DNA of 64,000 nucleotides from Tubulanus polymorphus (GCF_964204645.1 NC_134031.1:16355807-16419806); one strand, 5' to 3'. Numbered from the stretch's first letter, positions 1 to 11,013 are shown. Notes: generated by a model not told the origin, from the sequence alone. Translations and numbers: made by a program.

Positions 1-2105
1 TCTATTTTATTAATGTTGACAGACAAGTGTCAAATTGCATCTCCATGCATGTTGCAAAAAAGCCCAACAAGGCAAAGGCTTTGACTTGTTCAAGTACAAA
101 TCTAATAGCCTGATTATTGTGTTAGATAGCCTGAGTAGCTTTACGCTAATAACTCCAATGATATTCAAAACACAAAGATAGTTGAGCCTTAGGCTACCTG
201 ATCTTAACCTTAATCCTTCTAAGTTCTACACTATTTTTGCGAGGCATATAGGCTAAAGTGTTAAAAAGGCCTAATTGTAACTATAGTTCATAAGACCTGT
301 CATGGTCATGGTCCAGTTTTTCATCTTCAATAAATAGGTTTCTTTCGTATTTGCCCTGAATGTGACGTGGCTGTTTTATTTACCTGTAATGGAGGTCCCT
401 GGGTAAACATCAATGATTGCAATTTTTGAAGTAACAATTTTTTTTCATTTCCTTGTTCAGAGGCTATTGTATATTTGAGTATTTGTGCTAACATCTATAC
501 ATAACGCAAACTTGTTCCCAAATGTAAACAGTCCCGACACTGCGGTTTGTAGTCTTATTCAATATTTGCCCTGTCATCAAGTGTGACAAAGAGTTATTAT
601 GATATAATGATGGTTCTTAAGTTTGGTAGGACAACCTTCATTCTATTATAGCTACAGTTTTACACAGCATTCTCTGCTTTTAATAATCAATTTTTGAGAT
701 TAACGCAGTAATGCTCACGTGTGTATTGTTGTAAGTCATATAAGTTCATTTGAGTGCAAGGTTTATTGCTAGCAATATTCCTCATGTATTCAAGCATTCT
801 CCTTCAATCCCTTCCTATTCTACCCATATTTAAATGTCGTTTGCATAGGAAAAAAATCGACCATATTGGCATATTATACAGGCCTGCGATATGCTTTTTC
901 ACTCACTTTTGACCTGATGATAAATCATAGGACGTTATCGCTATGCGTTTTGACAGCTTTTGTTATTCGATTCAATAGATTTGGATTGAGAATCAACAGC
1001 GGGAGATCATACATGATTTTCTTCTTTAAAAAAATAGGTCACAGCCTCTCGTTGGCTACCTGAATCCAACTTACACCTAGAAAATTGCCCTAGTTAGTAA
1101 GGCTTGATACTGAGAATGAATCTAGATTGTTTATCGGATATTTTGAATCTGTAGCCTCTCATCAGCTACCTGAACCCAACTTCAGGGCTGTACCTAGCAT
1201 TTGAATTTTGGTGGGGGGCAGAGATATGAAAACGGCAGGTGTATAGGCTAGAATATAACAGTAATATTTCCCCTGCTTCCCCCTGCTCAATATGGTCTTG
1301 AACTTTGAAAATTTGCAATTGAAATCCAAAAACACCTAGAAGATTAATTGCCCTTGTTACTAAGAAGAAATCTAAATAGTCTATTGACATTTTGAATATT
1401 TTTTTGATATTGTGATATATATGCCTATTAATGCATCAACAATGTCACCCATAGGCCTATGGTAATTAGGTGATGCAGGACGACGTCAAATAATGATTTT
1501 CGCCACAGTTTGTTTACTGCCCTGGAAAACCTGAAAAACTCATGGAATCAAAAAAATCAAGGAAAATTCAGGCAATTTGACATATTTTGTTGGCAAATAC
1601 CAGAAAAACACTCGAAAAAATGAATAAACTATAATATTTAAAGCAGGGAATTTTCTGCATTCACTTGCAAATTCATTCTGGGAATTTTATCATGATATAA
1701 CATGGAAAACCGGGAATTTGCAAATGAGGATAGGTGGCTGATGAATGTAGTAAACCCTCTTTATGATCCATTCAGGGATTCGTGTCTTCTCTCTGCCGTT
1801 GTTGGTTTTATGTTTCCCCGTACTGTTTACAGCGCGACTATGATACGTACATTATTGCCTACTACACGGCCATCATCTGCCAATTATTACCCAATTGATT
1901 AACAGCTAATGTTTCTAAAATTGCGGCTGTTATCTCAGTTGAATAGCCAAACAGCGCGCAGAGGTTAATCGACTACTGTAGCGTTTATTACAGTTTATAA
2001 AGAATAACCGGTATCATTTTGTCCTGATGACGCAGTATTTTTGCGCTGACTAACATCATATAATAGCAAAAATACACATTTTTGGATACAACCTATCATA
2101 TAGTC

Positions 2106-2219
2106 TGGACCCAGTTCCACAGTTGTTAGTTAGAGAGTTAACTCTTGAGTTTAAGTTAGTTCATTTTCATTGAGTTAACTCATAGTCAAATCTTAACTCA
2201 GAACTGTGGAACTGGACCT
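2106..2219. mobile_element. Palindromic MITE, family A
   Basis: TIR CCAGTTCCACAGTT / AACTGTGGAACTGG; second copy at 33150-33264. Confidence 0.75.
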
Positions 2220-2381
2220 TGGTATTAACCATTTGATTTAAGTCCAGGGGCTCGGACCAGTTATTCAGACTCGTTTCAACTACTTCATTTCAGGCCGCAT
2301 TTCTAGAGATTCTAATAACGAAATTGTTTTCGCATGTTTTATATTTTCATGTTCCTTTCGCCGGATGTCGATTGAAAACAG

Positions 2382-2405
2382 AGGTTCAAACCGCTATTTC
2401 AAGAA
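2382..2405 (+). CDS. RHBDL: Rhomboid 24-nt micro-exon (RFKPLFQE)
   Basis: aacag|AGGTTCAAACCGCTATTTCAAGAA|gtaag, phase 0/0, in frame with the next exon. An in-frame TGA at 2373-2375 means the acceptor must be here. Confidence 0.7.
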
Positions 2406-5400
2406 GTAAGTATAGATCTATACGTACTTTCCATGATAAAAAATGTGCCCTGACGTATACACGAGGGTACTGCTGGCGAAAGATTTTTGTTGTATCACTT
2501 CAAATTCTGTGTCAATATGATTAAATGAGTGCGCGATATACATTCGAGATATGTTTGTATCTTAGTGAATAGCACGTACTCTTTCCAATGCCTTCTTTCT
2601 CTAAGCTAGACTACTCGACCTTTGATGTGGGAAAAAAATGTTAAATTTATCAATTTTAGTTTGAAACTAATGAAATCTTATGGTTGCGCTTAAGAAATTA
2701 GCACTGGTTTCACAAAAAGAATTTTAAGATTTCAGATTTTTATTGAAAAAGACATATTCTTAATGAAAATAGATTTGACTGATTTTTAACCCTAAACCGA
2801 AATGCCGTGAAATAATATGATTATTCATTTATCGTTGTGTCAACAGTATGAAGAAGATGGTGGCATTCCTCTTCAAACCCTCAGAGAACGTCTTACCGAA
2901 GATGACGCGCTTCGTAAAGATATTCAACCGGATAGACTCGAGTTATTACTGCGAAAAGCCGATATCAATCGAGATGGACGACTGTCGTATGATGAATTCA
3001 TGAGGCTGGTTAGTACTAATATCGAGGCGATATTCCATCACCTTATACCTCGGGGGCCCGATTCAGGATTTAGAAGAATTCTCCTCGAGTATAGCCGCGG
3101 TAGCTCCTTCGGTATAATCAAGTATCTCGGTATGACAACGAACTATGTTTATGTGGGTCATCCAATGCGATATTATCCCCCACTCAAATTCAATAAATGG
3201 CCCGATAAAACGAAAAGAAAGATTGCACGTATGAAACCAGATGAGAATGTGAAATCTATAAAGATCAGAGCAGAAAATACAGTAAAACCCACAATACAAA
3301 AAATGAACCCGAAATATTTCCTTGAGCAAGTAGTTGATTTCAATGTTTTGACATGATCCTATTAGTAATCTTCAAGAATACCGAAGTAGAAAATGTGTGG
3401 TCGTGTGTTTCTCCTCGCCTGGAATCATGTCTTGGCAGGGGCAGATCCACTGGCAGGGGATTCCAGGGTGTCTGCAATCAGTAGTAACTCCTGGTTAAAT
3501 GCAGGAAAATGCATTTGGAGGTTCTATTTTTCAGACCCCCCCCCAAAAAGTTATTATATCGCTGATTAACATTAGCCTTAGAATCCCCCCCCCCCCATTT
3601 CTAATCCTGATGCACCCCTGTAAGGGACTGTAATATTTTCATTAATTCAGCTTCACGCAATTGTTGTATATTTAGATGATTGGTTCGGGGGACGATCGTG
3701 TGCTGACTACGAGACAGTTAACAGCGTTTCAGCGATTGTTACGAGGTGCTGTAAGTACCGTCGTTACGCGTAAAGAAGTAGAAGACGATGTCGACAGTTA
3801 CGTCGAAGCTTATTCTTGCTGTCCACCGCCATTATTTATGATTCTGATATCGATCATCGAGGTAAGAACAACCAGGGTATGGCGGCCATTTATTTACCTG
3901 GAAATCAGGGAAAAGTCTGCGAATTTTCGCTTCTCTAAGAAAGTTGTGAAAAACGTAAAAATCGGGGAAATTTTTTCAGAGATAAATATTTCGAAAAAAA
4001 AGATTAAACAGTTTCCGTCTATGTCTTACGTATTTGACTGTGTTAATTGAGGGGATTCTTAGTAGATCAAGTCAGGGAAAACAACGTGCATGTCAGGGAA
4101 TAGTCAGTGAACAGGAAAATCGAATTAAAGTGACCTCACTGAATACTCTAGCAGTTGAGCTGAAATGGTGATTTATGTTACACCATAATTTCATAATATT
4201 TCCTTTTCATTTTTCGAAAGGTGGCAATATTCGTGACGTACGCGATACTGCAGAAAGATACGAACCCGACGACTGCAACTTCGGGAGCTCCGATAAAGAG
4301 TCCGCTAATTTACAATCCATATCGTAGATACGAAGCGTGGCGATATCTTACCTATATGTTCATTCATCAGGGGTAAGTTTATGAGGCAGATTACAATTAA
4401 CGTCGTCACAAACGAACCCCGTGCTTTCCTGGCAGGGATTCAAACCTTGATGGCGTCGTCAAACAATGCTATGGCATGAAACCCTGCATAAGCCTTGAGC
4501 GTGCAGGTATATGCACCACATAATACACCGTGTATTCGCTGAGGCAAATTGTGGGATCGATAAGTGGGCTAGAATAGAACATGATTTCTGATGGGCTTAC
4601 TGCGCTAGTACCTACAGGCTTGGGCTAATGAGGCCTACATTTTGTCTCGCGATGCTGTCAAGTTAGAATTCATGCCGAGGGAGGATGAAGAAGCAAAAAA
4701 TCGTCATATCTGTCCTCAACTCGCAGTTGTGTATTTATTTCATTACAGTTACACACATCTGATATTCAACCTGATATTTCAACTGATGTTAGGAATTCCA
4801 TTAGAACTAGTTCATAAATGGTGGAGAGTCGGTATTGTTTATTCGTTAGGGGTTATTGCTGGTCAGTTCTACAAAGAAAATCACTTTCACATCAGGCACT
4901 TTGACAGAACTTACCTACGTTGTTGACTCTTTTTACCTTGCAGGATCATTGGCAACATCAGTAACTGATCCGTCCGTTTACCTTTGTGGTGCAAGTGGAG
5001 GCTGTTACGCAATAGTAGGAGCTCATTTCGCGATTGTTATCATGGTAAATGATTCAATTGATCGTCAATTAATCAGAGCATCAGTTTTCTATCTATTATA
5101 CAAAATCCGACACTCGGAAGGAAAAAAAGAATCTGTAAATGTTTCCTTTAGTGAATGATCTATTTTTCTCCGCCGTTTCGACTATATCTTTATACCACCG
5201 GTAGTCATCTGCGGAATAGGGCTACTACAGCAATTCGTTTTCTGACTCATTCCCAATTAACTTAGGTAGATAAACTGGCTTATTAAGCTGACTTATGTAT
5301 GTCGACCTGCAACTTGAAACCTACCGATGCAACTGGGTTTATTGGCGTCTAGCGGCCTACGGTAGGCTACAAGTTGCCCAATTGTCCACTCAACATAAAG

Positions 5401-7081
5401 ATGCTTATGACAGCAACGCGACGCCTACTAACTCTTTACAAGCCGTATCCGGGTAGTTGCCCATGTTCTACTCCGGCCTACGATAGTCCGACAGTTGCTT
5501 TTAGAGCCTAACCAACCTGAGCTCAGCAGCTGTATGAAATATACTAAATATATTTGCAATAGTATGTAGATTTATTCTCGAAATGTTGATCAGATGACCA
5601 TCTGCTGTCGATTCAAGTTGCCAGTGATTGTAACTGACATGAGAGACTAAGCGACTGAGTGGATCTCATATCCCACTACTCGGGCTCAGTTGCTTGGAAT
5701 CGGAGCGCAGTCGACATAATCTATCTGGGCTGCGATTGCCATTCCTCTCAGTTGCGTCTGTGAAGGCGTCACAGGTTGACGCAAGTCAGGCTTAAAACTC
5801 AGGAAAAAAGTAAATCATTCTCCGACAAACCTTTTCTAGTGCGAGACAGCTTTTCATCCTTTCTATTTAATTTGTAGTAACTATGTTAAATGTAACCTAT
5901 CGATGAATTTAGATGATTATTTCACCTTATAGAACTGGGAGGAAATGCAGCATGAATGGATGAGCGGAATTGTGAAGTTTCTGCTTAGCGCGCCGGTTCG
6001 TCTTATTCTACTCTTCGTTCTTGGTAAGGTTTACATTTCATTCTGTCCAACATTTGTGACGTGATACTAGCTATATCATACAGCTGAACGAGCTTAATTT
6101 GGATCAGATAGCTTTGATATCCTATATGATCCTATATGTAAACATATGTAAAATATAATGTTTAATCCGGATTTCTCATAAATGGGATGTATTTCGTCGG
6201 TCCCAAATTGTCTGAATTAAGGTGGAGTTCTACTCTATCTTGTAATGTACAAATCTGAATGTAATTGTAGCTGGTTCTGATACTGGTTTGGCCATCTGGA
6301 AGCGGTACAACGGTGAAGGAAATCCCGTCGGTTTCGCCGCTCATTTCGGTGGTGCTTTAGCCGGTAAGTTCCACTGGGACAAAATCACTCTTGGTTGTAG
6401 TACGATAACCACACTCAAACGCGGTGAACGGATAAAAAGATAAAAACCCACTATCTACAGATTAAAACAATTTAAAATCAAGAATTTATTTAATCGAACA
6501 ATCTAAAATATATGATAAACACGACGTTTCGATCTCACCCTAGAGATCATCGTCAGGTGTGAGGTATAGACTAAAAACGGGTATATATACAGAGGAGAAC
6601 AGGTTAATTGAGTAAATTGGTGAGTGAGTAAGTAATTAATGTTTGGCAAGGCATGAAGTAATATACTTAGAAAGAAGGGAATTGTGTGGAGAAAAGCCAT
6701 TATTTAAATTGGTACTAATATCTGAGTGACCAGAACACTGGTCATCATTTTAATTTTGATAAAGCCGAAATTATTTATACTTCCAGCAATTACACTAAAC
6801 GCCACATAGTTGAGTCAGCCCTAATTACTCGCCACTCAGATATTAGTACCAATTTAAATAATGTCTTTTCTTTGATGGTCGAGACAATCAATAGTGGAAA
6901 TGTTCTAATTTCAGGTTTGTTGGTCGGTATTCCGGTGCTGCGTAATTTAGAAGTGAAACCGTGGGAGAAGGTCGTCTGGTGGATAGCTCTGATCGTTTAC
7001 TGTTTACTAGTGATATTCGCTCTGTTGTGGAACGGTTTATATACTGGATTCCCCGAACCCGACTGGACGCCTTGTTGCTAG
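2382..7081 (+). CDS. RHBDL: Rhomboid-related intramembrane serine protease with N-terminal EF-hand (RHBDL1/2/3 / Rho-4 type); 5'-incomplete, 9 exons
   Basis: Exons 2382-2405, 2847-3008, 3676-3861, 4221-4372, 4749-4861, 4944-5044, 5933-6023, 6271-6363, 6915-7081. All GT-AG with matching phases (1089 nt including TAG). Motifs: EF-hand DINRDGRLSYDE, CCPPPLFM, EAWRYLTYMFIHQG-YTHLIFN, catalytic GASGG and AHFGG. The exact vertebrate paralogue cannot be assigned. Confidence 0.93.
2847..3008 (+). CDS. RHBDL: Rhomboid exon, EF-hand (YEEDGG...DINRDGRLSYDEFMRL)
   Basis: caacag| ... |gttagt; core of ORF 2817-3356. Confidence 0.9.
3676..3861 (+). CDS. RHBDL: Rhomboid exon (MIGSG...YSCCPPPLFMILISIIE)
   Basis: tttag| ... 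|gtaaga; conserved CPPP motif and TM1. Confidence 0.93.
3872..4142 (+). mobile_element. hAT-like non-autonomous element, CAGGGTGGCCAC family
   Basis: Core TATTTGACTGTGTTAATTG..GGATTCTTAG..GATCAAGTCAGGGAAAACAAC shared with 8958-9225, 49662-49912 and 54515-54753. Confidence 0.65.
4221..4372 (+). CDS. RHBDL: Rhomboid exon (VAIFVTY...EAWRYLTYMFIHQG)
   Basis: gaaag| ... |gtaagt; WR motif of loop L1; not in the ORF track. Confidence 0.93.
4749..4861 (+). CDS. RHBDL: Rhomboid exon (YTHLIFN...GVIA)
   Basis: tacag| ... |gtcagt; HxxxN motif. Confidence 0.93.
4944..5044 (+). CDS. RHBDL: Rhomboid exon with catalytic Ser (GASGG)
   Basis: tgcag| ... |gtaaat. Confidence 0.94.
5283..5795. mobile_element. 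Harbinger-like non-autonomous element in rhomboid intron
   Basis: Imperfect TIR TTAAGC-TGACTT..GTCGACCTG / CAGGTTGACGCAAGTCAGGCTTAA; recurrent AGTTGC motif inside. Confidence 0.5.
5933..6023 (+). CDS. RHBDL: Rhomboid exon (NWEEMQHEW...LILLFVL)
   Basis: tatag| ... |gtaagg; NW.EM motif. Confidence 0.9.
6271..6363 (+). CDS. RHBDL: Rhomboid exon with catalytic His (AHFGG)
   Basis: tgtag| ... |gtaagt. Confidence 0.93.
6404..6870 (-). mobile_element. Penelope-like retroelement 3' fragment with inversion (GIY-YIG C-terminus + 3'UTR/pLTR)
   Basis: + strand 6731-6870 reads QNTGHHFNFDKAEIIYTSSNYTKRHIVESALITRHSDISTNLNN; - strand 6728-6636 reads HSDISTNLNNGFSPHNSLLSKYITSCLAKH*. A 38-nt inverted duplication (6691-6728 / 6833-6870) joins them. 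Hammerhead motif and tail are shared with copies near 22.4, 32.2 and 44.4 kb. Confidence 0.8.
6519..6560 (-). ncRNA. Minimal type I hammerhead ribozyme motif (Penelope-associated)
   Basis: - strand ACAC CUGACGA U GAUCUC uagggu GAGAUC GAAA C GUC GUGU: complete core, 6-bp stem II, 4-bp stem I, palindromic ACGU in place of stem III. Confidence 0.72.
6915..7081 (+). CDS. RHBDL: Rhomboid last exon (GLLVGIPVLRN...WTPCC*)
   Basis: ttcag| ... TAG; VLRN motif and the extra C-terminal TM helix. Confidence 0.92.
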
Positions 7082-8957
7082 GAAGAACGTTCTTACTATT
7101 ATAGGATTATCAAATCTATGCATGTTCGAAATTGTGTGAGAAATGTACGCGGTTTTTTTTTAGCGTAGCATCGTTGTGTATTAAAAAGATCAGATGCAAT
7201 ATATATGACAGTGCCTTGTTACTACAGTCAACATTTTCAGGGATTAATGTCATACTTTTATTAGACAGGTAGTTGAGAACTAACAACATCTCGTGCCAAT
7301 CTTTCTCATTGAGACTGCTTGAATCATTGGTATATATATATATATATATAAAGATTCATTCAGTTCCTGCCATATTTAGCCAGTGTTTCGCATATTTTAG
7401 CAGTAAATTATTATTTATTTTTATATATTTTATGCGTAAAGTCTTCCAGTTTGCTAATTTGCTTATTAACGAGTGCGACAATTGGTTGAAAATGCTGTTG
7501 TTTACATTATCGAAAATTTGATTGAAGTTTAGTATCATCGGACCAAAACGATAACATCAAAATGCATTTAGTATGCCAGGGTAAATAGACCATTTCACTT
7601 CATTTAAGGTCAGTCAAATCCTGCCCTGAACTGTTGTGAAATTATCAGGTTTGGTGGATGAATGTTACTGGTAGGCTTAGGTATCAACCAGCTCGAGTGA
7701 CCTGCTTTGACAAATGATGATTAAATTGTTTATGCGCTTGGGAATCTCAAAATCTATTGTTGAAAACAAAGCAAAATTATGCATTGAAATGCTTAACTTA
7801 GTACAAAGTGCAACTTTGAAATTCACCAGCTTAGATTTTCTGTTGCTTGTATTATTCTAAATCATGTAAATTTTCAAATGAGGAATTCTAACAAATCAAA
7901 TAACGTTAATGTAAATGAAGAGAAGGTTAAACGGTTTCTTTTACATGTTTACATCATGAAGGCAGCAAAAAACTCATCATAGTAAAACACTTGGTTGTGT
8001 CATTAAGTATCTGTGGATGTTATCTTCTTCAGATAAATCTGTAAAACTGCACTCCTAAATGATGGGCAGCACATATCGTACAGTATGAATTAAAAGCTTA
8101 AGCACAATTCTGCCTTAAGCACAATTCTGCCTTAATACTCAGTGTTGTCTATCAGTTTTTCTTTTTTGAAAGTAACTATTTGTTGTAAATATATGTATCT
8201 GTTTTGTGACCTATAAAAAGAAGCGATAATTTTACCATCCAGGCATTAAAAATGTGATAAACAGGCGAAGTATGATGTATATTTTTAAAGATGAAAATTC
8301 TATTAATATTTAGGTTTTAAAGATCTATTCTTTTAGTCTTATAAAGATACATATCTTTTATTTGATATATCGATCTATAATGCTGATTTGGCTTGGAGGA
8401 TGCAAGTGATTGAATTATTGAAATGGGACACATTTCGTGGCAAGTGCTATTCTTCTCGAGACGCTACACTATAATCAGTCTTAAACTCTATACAAATACT
8501 AACAGTAAAAACTGCTGTTTTATTAACAGACTCAATAGAAATATTTATAGGAATTGGGATTTTTTATAATAAACAGTAGTATATCAAAATATATTATTGT
8601 AATGTTTTTCTTTGTGTCTTGCTTTCTTAGCAATCCTTGGATCATTCATTTTACGGAAGCATTAAATTTGACTTTCAAAAATGAAAGATCCCTAGTCCCT
8701 TCAACGCGTAGAGGGAAACTTCTGGTACCCAAAGGTATTTCTGATTCAGAACCTTGTGATGTGATTTTGTTCATCTTGCCTTGCAATGTTTGGTTCCTAG
8801 TTTCCCAAGACCGATCCTGTTAGATAGTTCATTCAACCTGATGAAATACAGCCTTTGGAAGCATTGCCCACACATTGTAAGCAGCCTGAAGTAAGAATCA
8901 CATCCACACGTCATTCACTTTTTAAGCTTCTTTTTGTGAAAAATGATTGGAATTTTT

Positions 8958-9225
8958 CAGGGTTTTCACAGCTACCTCAACGTTTTCCTGCTTCTAACTT
9001 CCCTTTATAAATCTTTAGTTGATGCATAATTCAGTGGCTATTTAGCTGAAAATCAGGGAAATTTGGTGATATATTGTGTGTAAAATCAAATAGTTCCAGT
9101 CGATAACTTGTTATAGACCGAGTGAATTGATTGGATTCTTGGCAGATCAAGTTAGGGAACACAACATGCATGCCAGAGAAAAGGGAAAAAGCAAGTCTGA
9201 AGTCCAAGTTAAAGCAGTCGCCCTG
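8958..9225 (+). mobile_element. hAT-like element, CAGGGTGGCCAC family
   Basis: CAGGG...CCCTG ends and the shared core. Confidence 0.6.
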
Positions 9226-9281
9226 TTATTAGCCCAACCACTTCAAAAACAACGCATGTCTACATATATTTACAAAAGACA

Positions 9282-9287
9282 TTTATT
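9282..9287 (-). terminator. Candidate LSM2 polyadenylation signal AATAAA
   Basis: tttatt on +, about 230 nt past the LSM2 stop. Confidence 0.45.
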
Positions 9288-9516
9288 ACGGTATTTCCAT
9301 TTCATTAAAAAAAAAGAAAATATTTTTACAAACAGTACAATAATGAAATGCTATTCTTAAGCACAATAATCTTGAAAACGAACGTTTCAAGAATCGAAAA
9401 CACGTTGAAATCAAGTCCGCATTACACAACTATTCCAGTGCTTGCCTAGTATTTAAAATACATTATTCGATATAATTACACGGCGCAATGTCTTTAAACG
9501 AAGTCTCATTTCGTCC

Positions 9517-10825
9517 CTATCGCGATTTATTTTGCGCCGCTTCTTTTCTGGCCGCGTCCTGCAAAATTTGTGTGTCGCACTCATCGGCCGGTAACTGCAC
9601 GTACCGCACCACTGATCCGCGAATAAAACAATTCTTTACCGATCTCTGAAATAAAATTCGGCCGAGATATTTAAATATTAGCGAATGTTCTTTCTCATTT
9701 TTTTTTCTTAATTTATTCGAGAGAGAGAACGTACCATATGAGGGTATTTATCCGGATCTGTGACGGTGATGTCTGTGAGTTTGATATTCAAATACTGGTC
9801 CACAGAATGTAGCGTACCGCATATACTGAAATAGGAACAAGACAAGATAAGATTTTTGTCAGGTCCAACGCCATTGCAAGATGTGTGTCGCAATAATTCA
9901 AAATTCTACAAAGTCCCATCATCAAAAACATACACGTGCAGGGACTCTTGTCTTTGACTTTATATTAAAACTGGTTGAATGAAACAACCTAGCTAGATGA
10001 CACGACCATATCGCAGCAACTCTCCAATTCAGAGGAAGGCTTCCAACAAGACTGGCTCCACTGTTGCCATCCCTGTACAGCAACCCTCTGCAACAATTGC
10101 AGGCGCGGATCCAGAAGGGGGGTTTCAGGGGTCGTGACCCCCTGCTCAGCGACCAAAAACTACTTTTCTTGAAGGAATGAAGGACAGTACTACATAATAG
10201 TACCATATCATCATATGTTTGGCCAAACAATATGCCGTACAGGCCTCATGAGAGATTTTAGTTGGCGGTTTAACATTAACATTCTTTATGAACCCCCTCC
10301 TGAAGAAATCCTTGGTAAAAGTGCAGATCCGCACCTCTCGTGATTGACGCAATCTACTGAATCAGTGAATGACAGTATCCATCCAGGCTAAATCTTTCTA
10401 GTGAAGATATATTAAAATTAACCAATGGCAATGTATGAATTGCTGATGACATTTTGAATCTGAAACAATGATATTTAATGTAATTGATTGAACCGTTTAC
10501 GCGGAGAGGTGCGGATCTGCACTTTTACCAAATCCTTTTCTTCATGAAATAAATATTGAATGTTAAAACAAATTCATCAGTTATAGACATACTTATCCGG
10601 CCGGGAGGTGCTGCCACCTAGTAAACAACACGCGAAACTATTCTCACCTAAGATCATTTTTCAGCTCGACGACGACGTCTTTACCGACTAACGACTTGAA
10701 GAACGAATAGAACAACTGCAACGACAAAATATTAACGACTTTAGTCAGTAGAATAATAGCCGGCAGAGAAGAAAATAGCGAAAATGAACGTGCAAAAAGC
10801 GTTTAAAGGCCGGTGTACCCACCAT
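9517..10825 (-). CDS. LSM2: U6 snRNA-associated Sm-like protein LSm2, complete, 4 exons, 96 aa
   Basis: Exons 10825-10823 (ATG|gtgggt), 10715-10648, 9825-9735, 9645-9517 give MLFYSFFKSLVGKDVVVELKNDLSICGTLHSVDQYLNIKLTDITVTDPDKYPHMRSVKNCFIRGSVVRYVQLPADECDTQILQDAARKEAAQNKSR*, nearly identical to animal LSm2 as I recall it. Confidence 0.97.
10314..10529. mobile_element. Merlin-like MITE in LSM2 intron 2
   Basis: Perfect 26-bp TIR GGTAAAAGTGCAGATCCGCACCTCTC; perfect 8-bp TSD AAATCCTT; GGNRM terminus. Confidence 0.8.
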
Positions 10826-11013
10826 CTTGGATGCGGACTGCGAAGCGGACGGGTAGAATTTGCCTTATTCCGTGCAGTAAATTGACGCGCGGACTTGAAA
10901 TGCGGCGCAGTCACTGATTGGTTTTGCTGGTGGTGTTGCACGTGTCGTGTGTTCATTCGAATGTGGCTTGATTCATTGTTCCTCGTCTATTGTTTGTGAT
11001 TTGATTTGTGAGT
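10826..11013. promoter_or_regulatory. LSM2 promoter, probably bidirectional (candidate RERE non-coding first exon)
   Basis: CpG-rich; CCAAT box (ATTGG 10916-10920); + strand donor-like gtgagt at 11008-11013. Confidence 0.4.

Noticed and set aside
2365-2405. ATG-initiated first rhomboid exon MSIENRGSNRYFK
   Set aside because: Ends in phase 2, incompatible with the phase-0 exon at 2847
4420-4455. tRNA/SINE B-box-like GGTTTGAATCCC on the - strand
   Set aside because: No A box or cloverleaf found
6719-6914. GIY-YIG fragment in frame with the rhomboid last exon (possible exonisation)
   Set aside because: About one-in-three chance. The one acceptor-like site I checked (ccag at 6733) is phase 0 while the upstream exon ends in phase 1, and inclusion would disrupt the helix after the catalytic His.
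7950-8075. SECIS-like ATGA..AA..GA in the rhomboid 3' region
   Set aside because: No convincing helix pairing and no in-frame UGA in the gene
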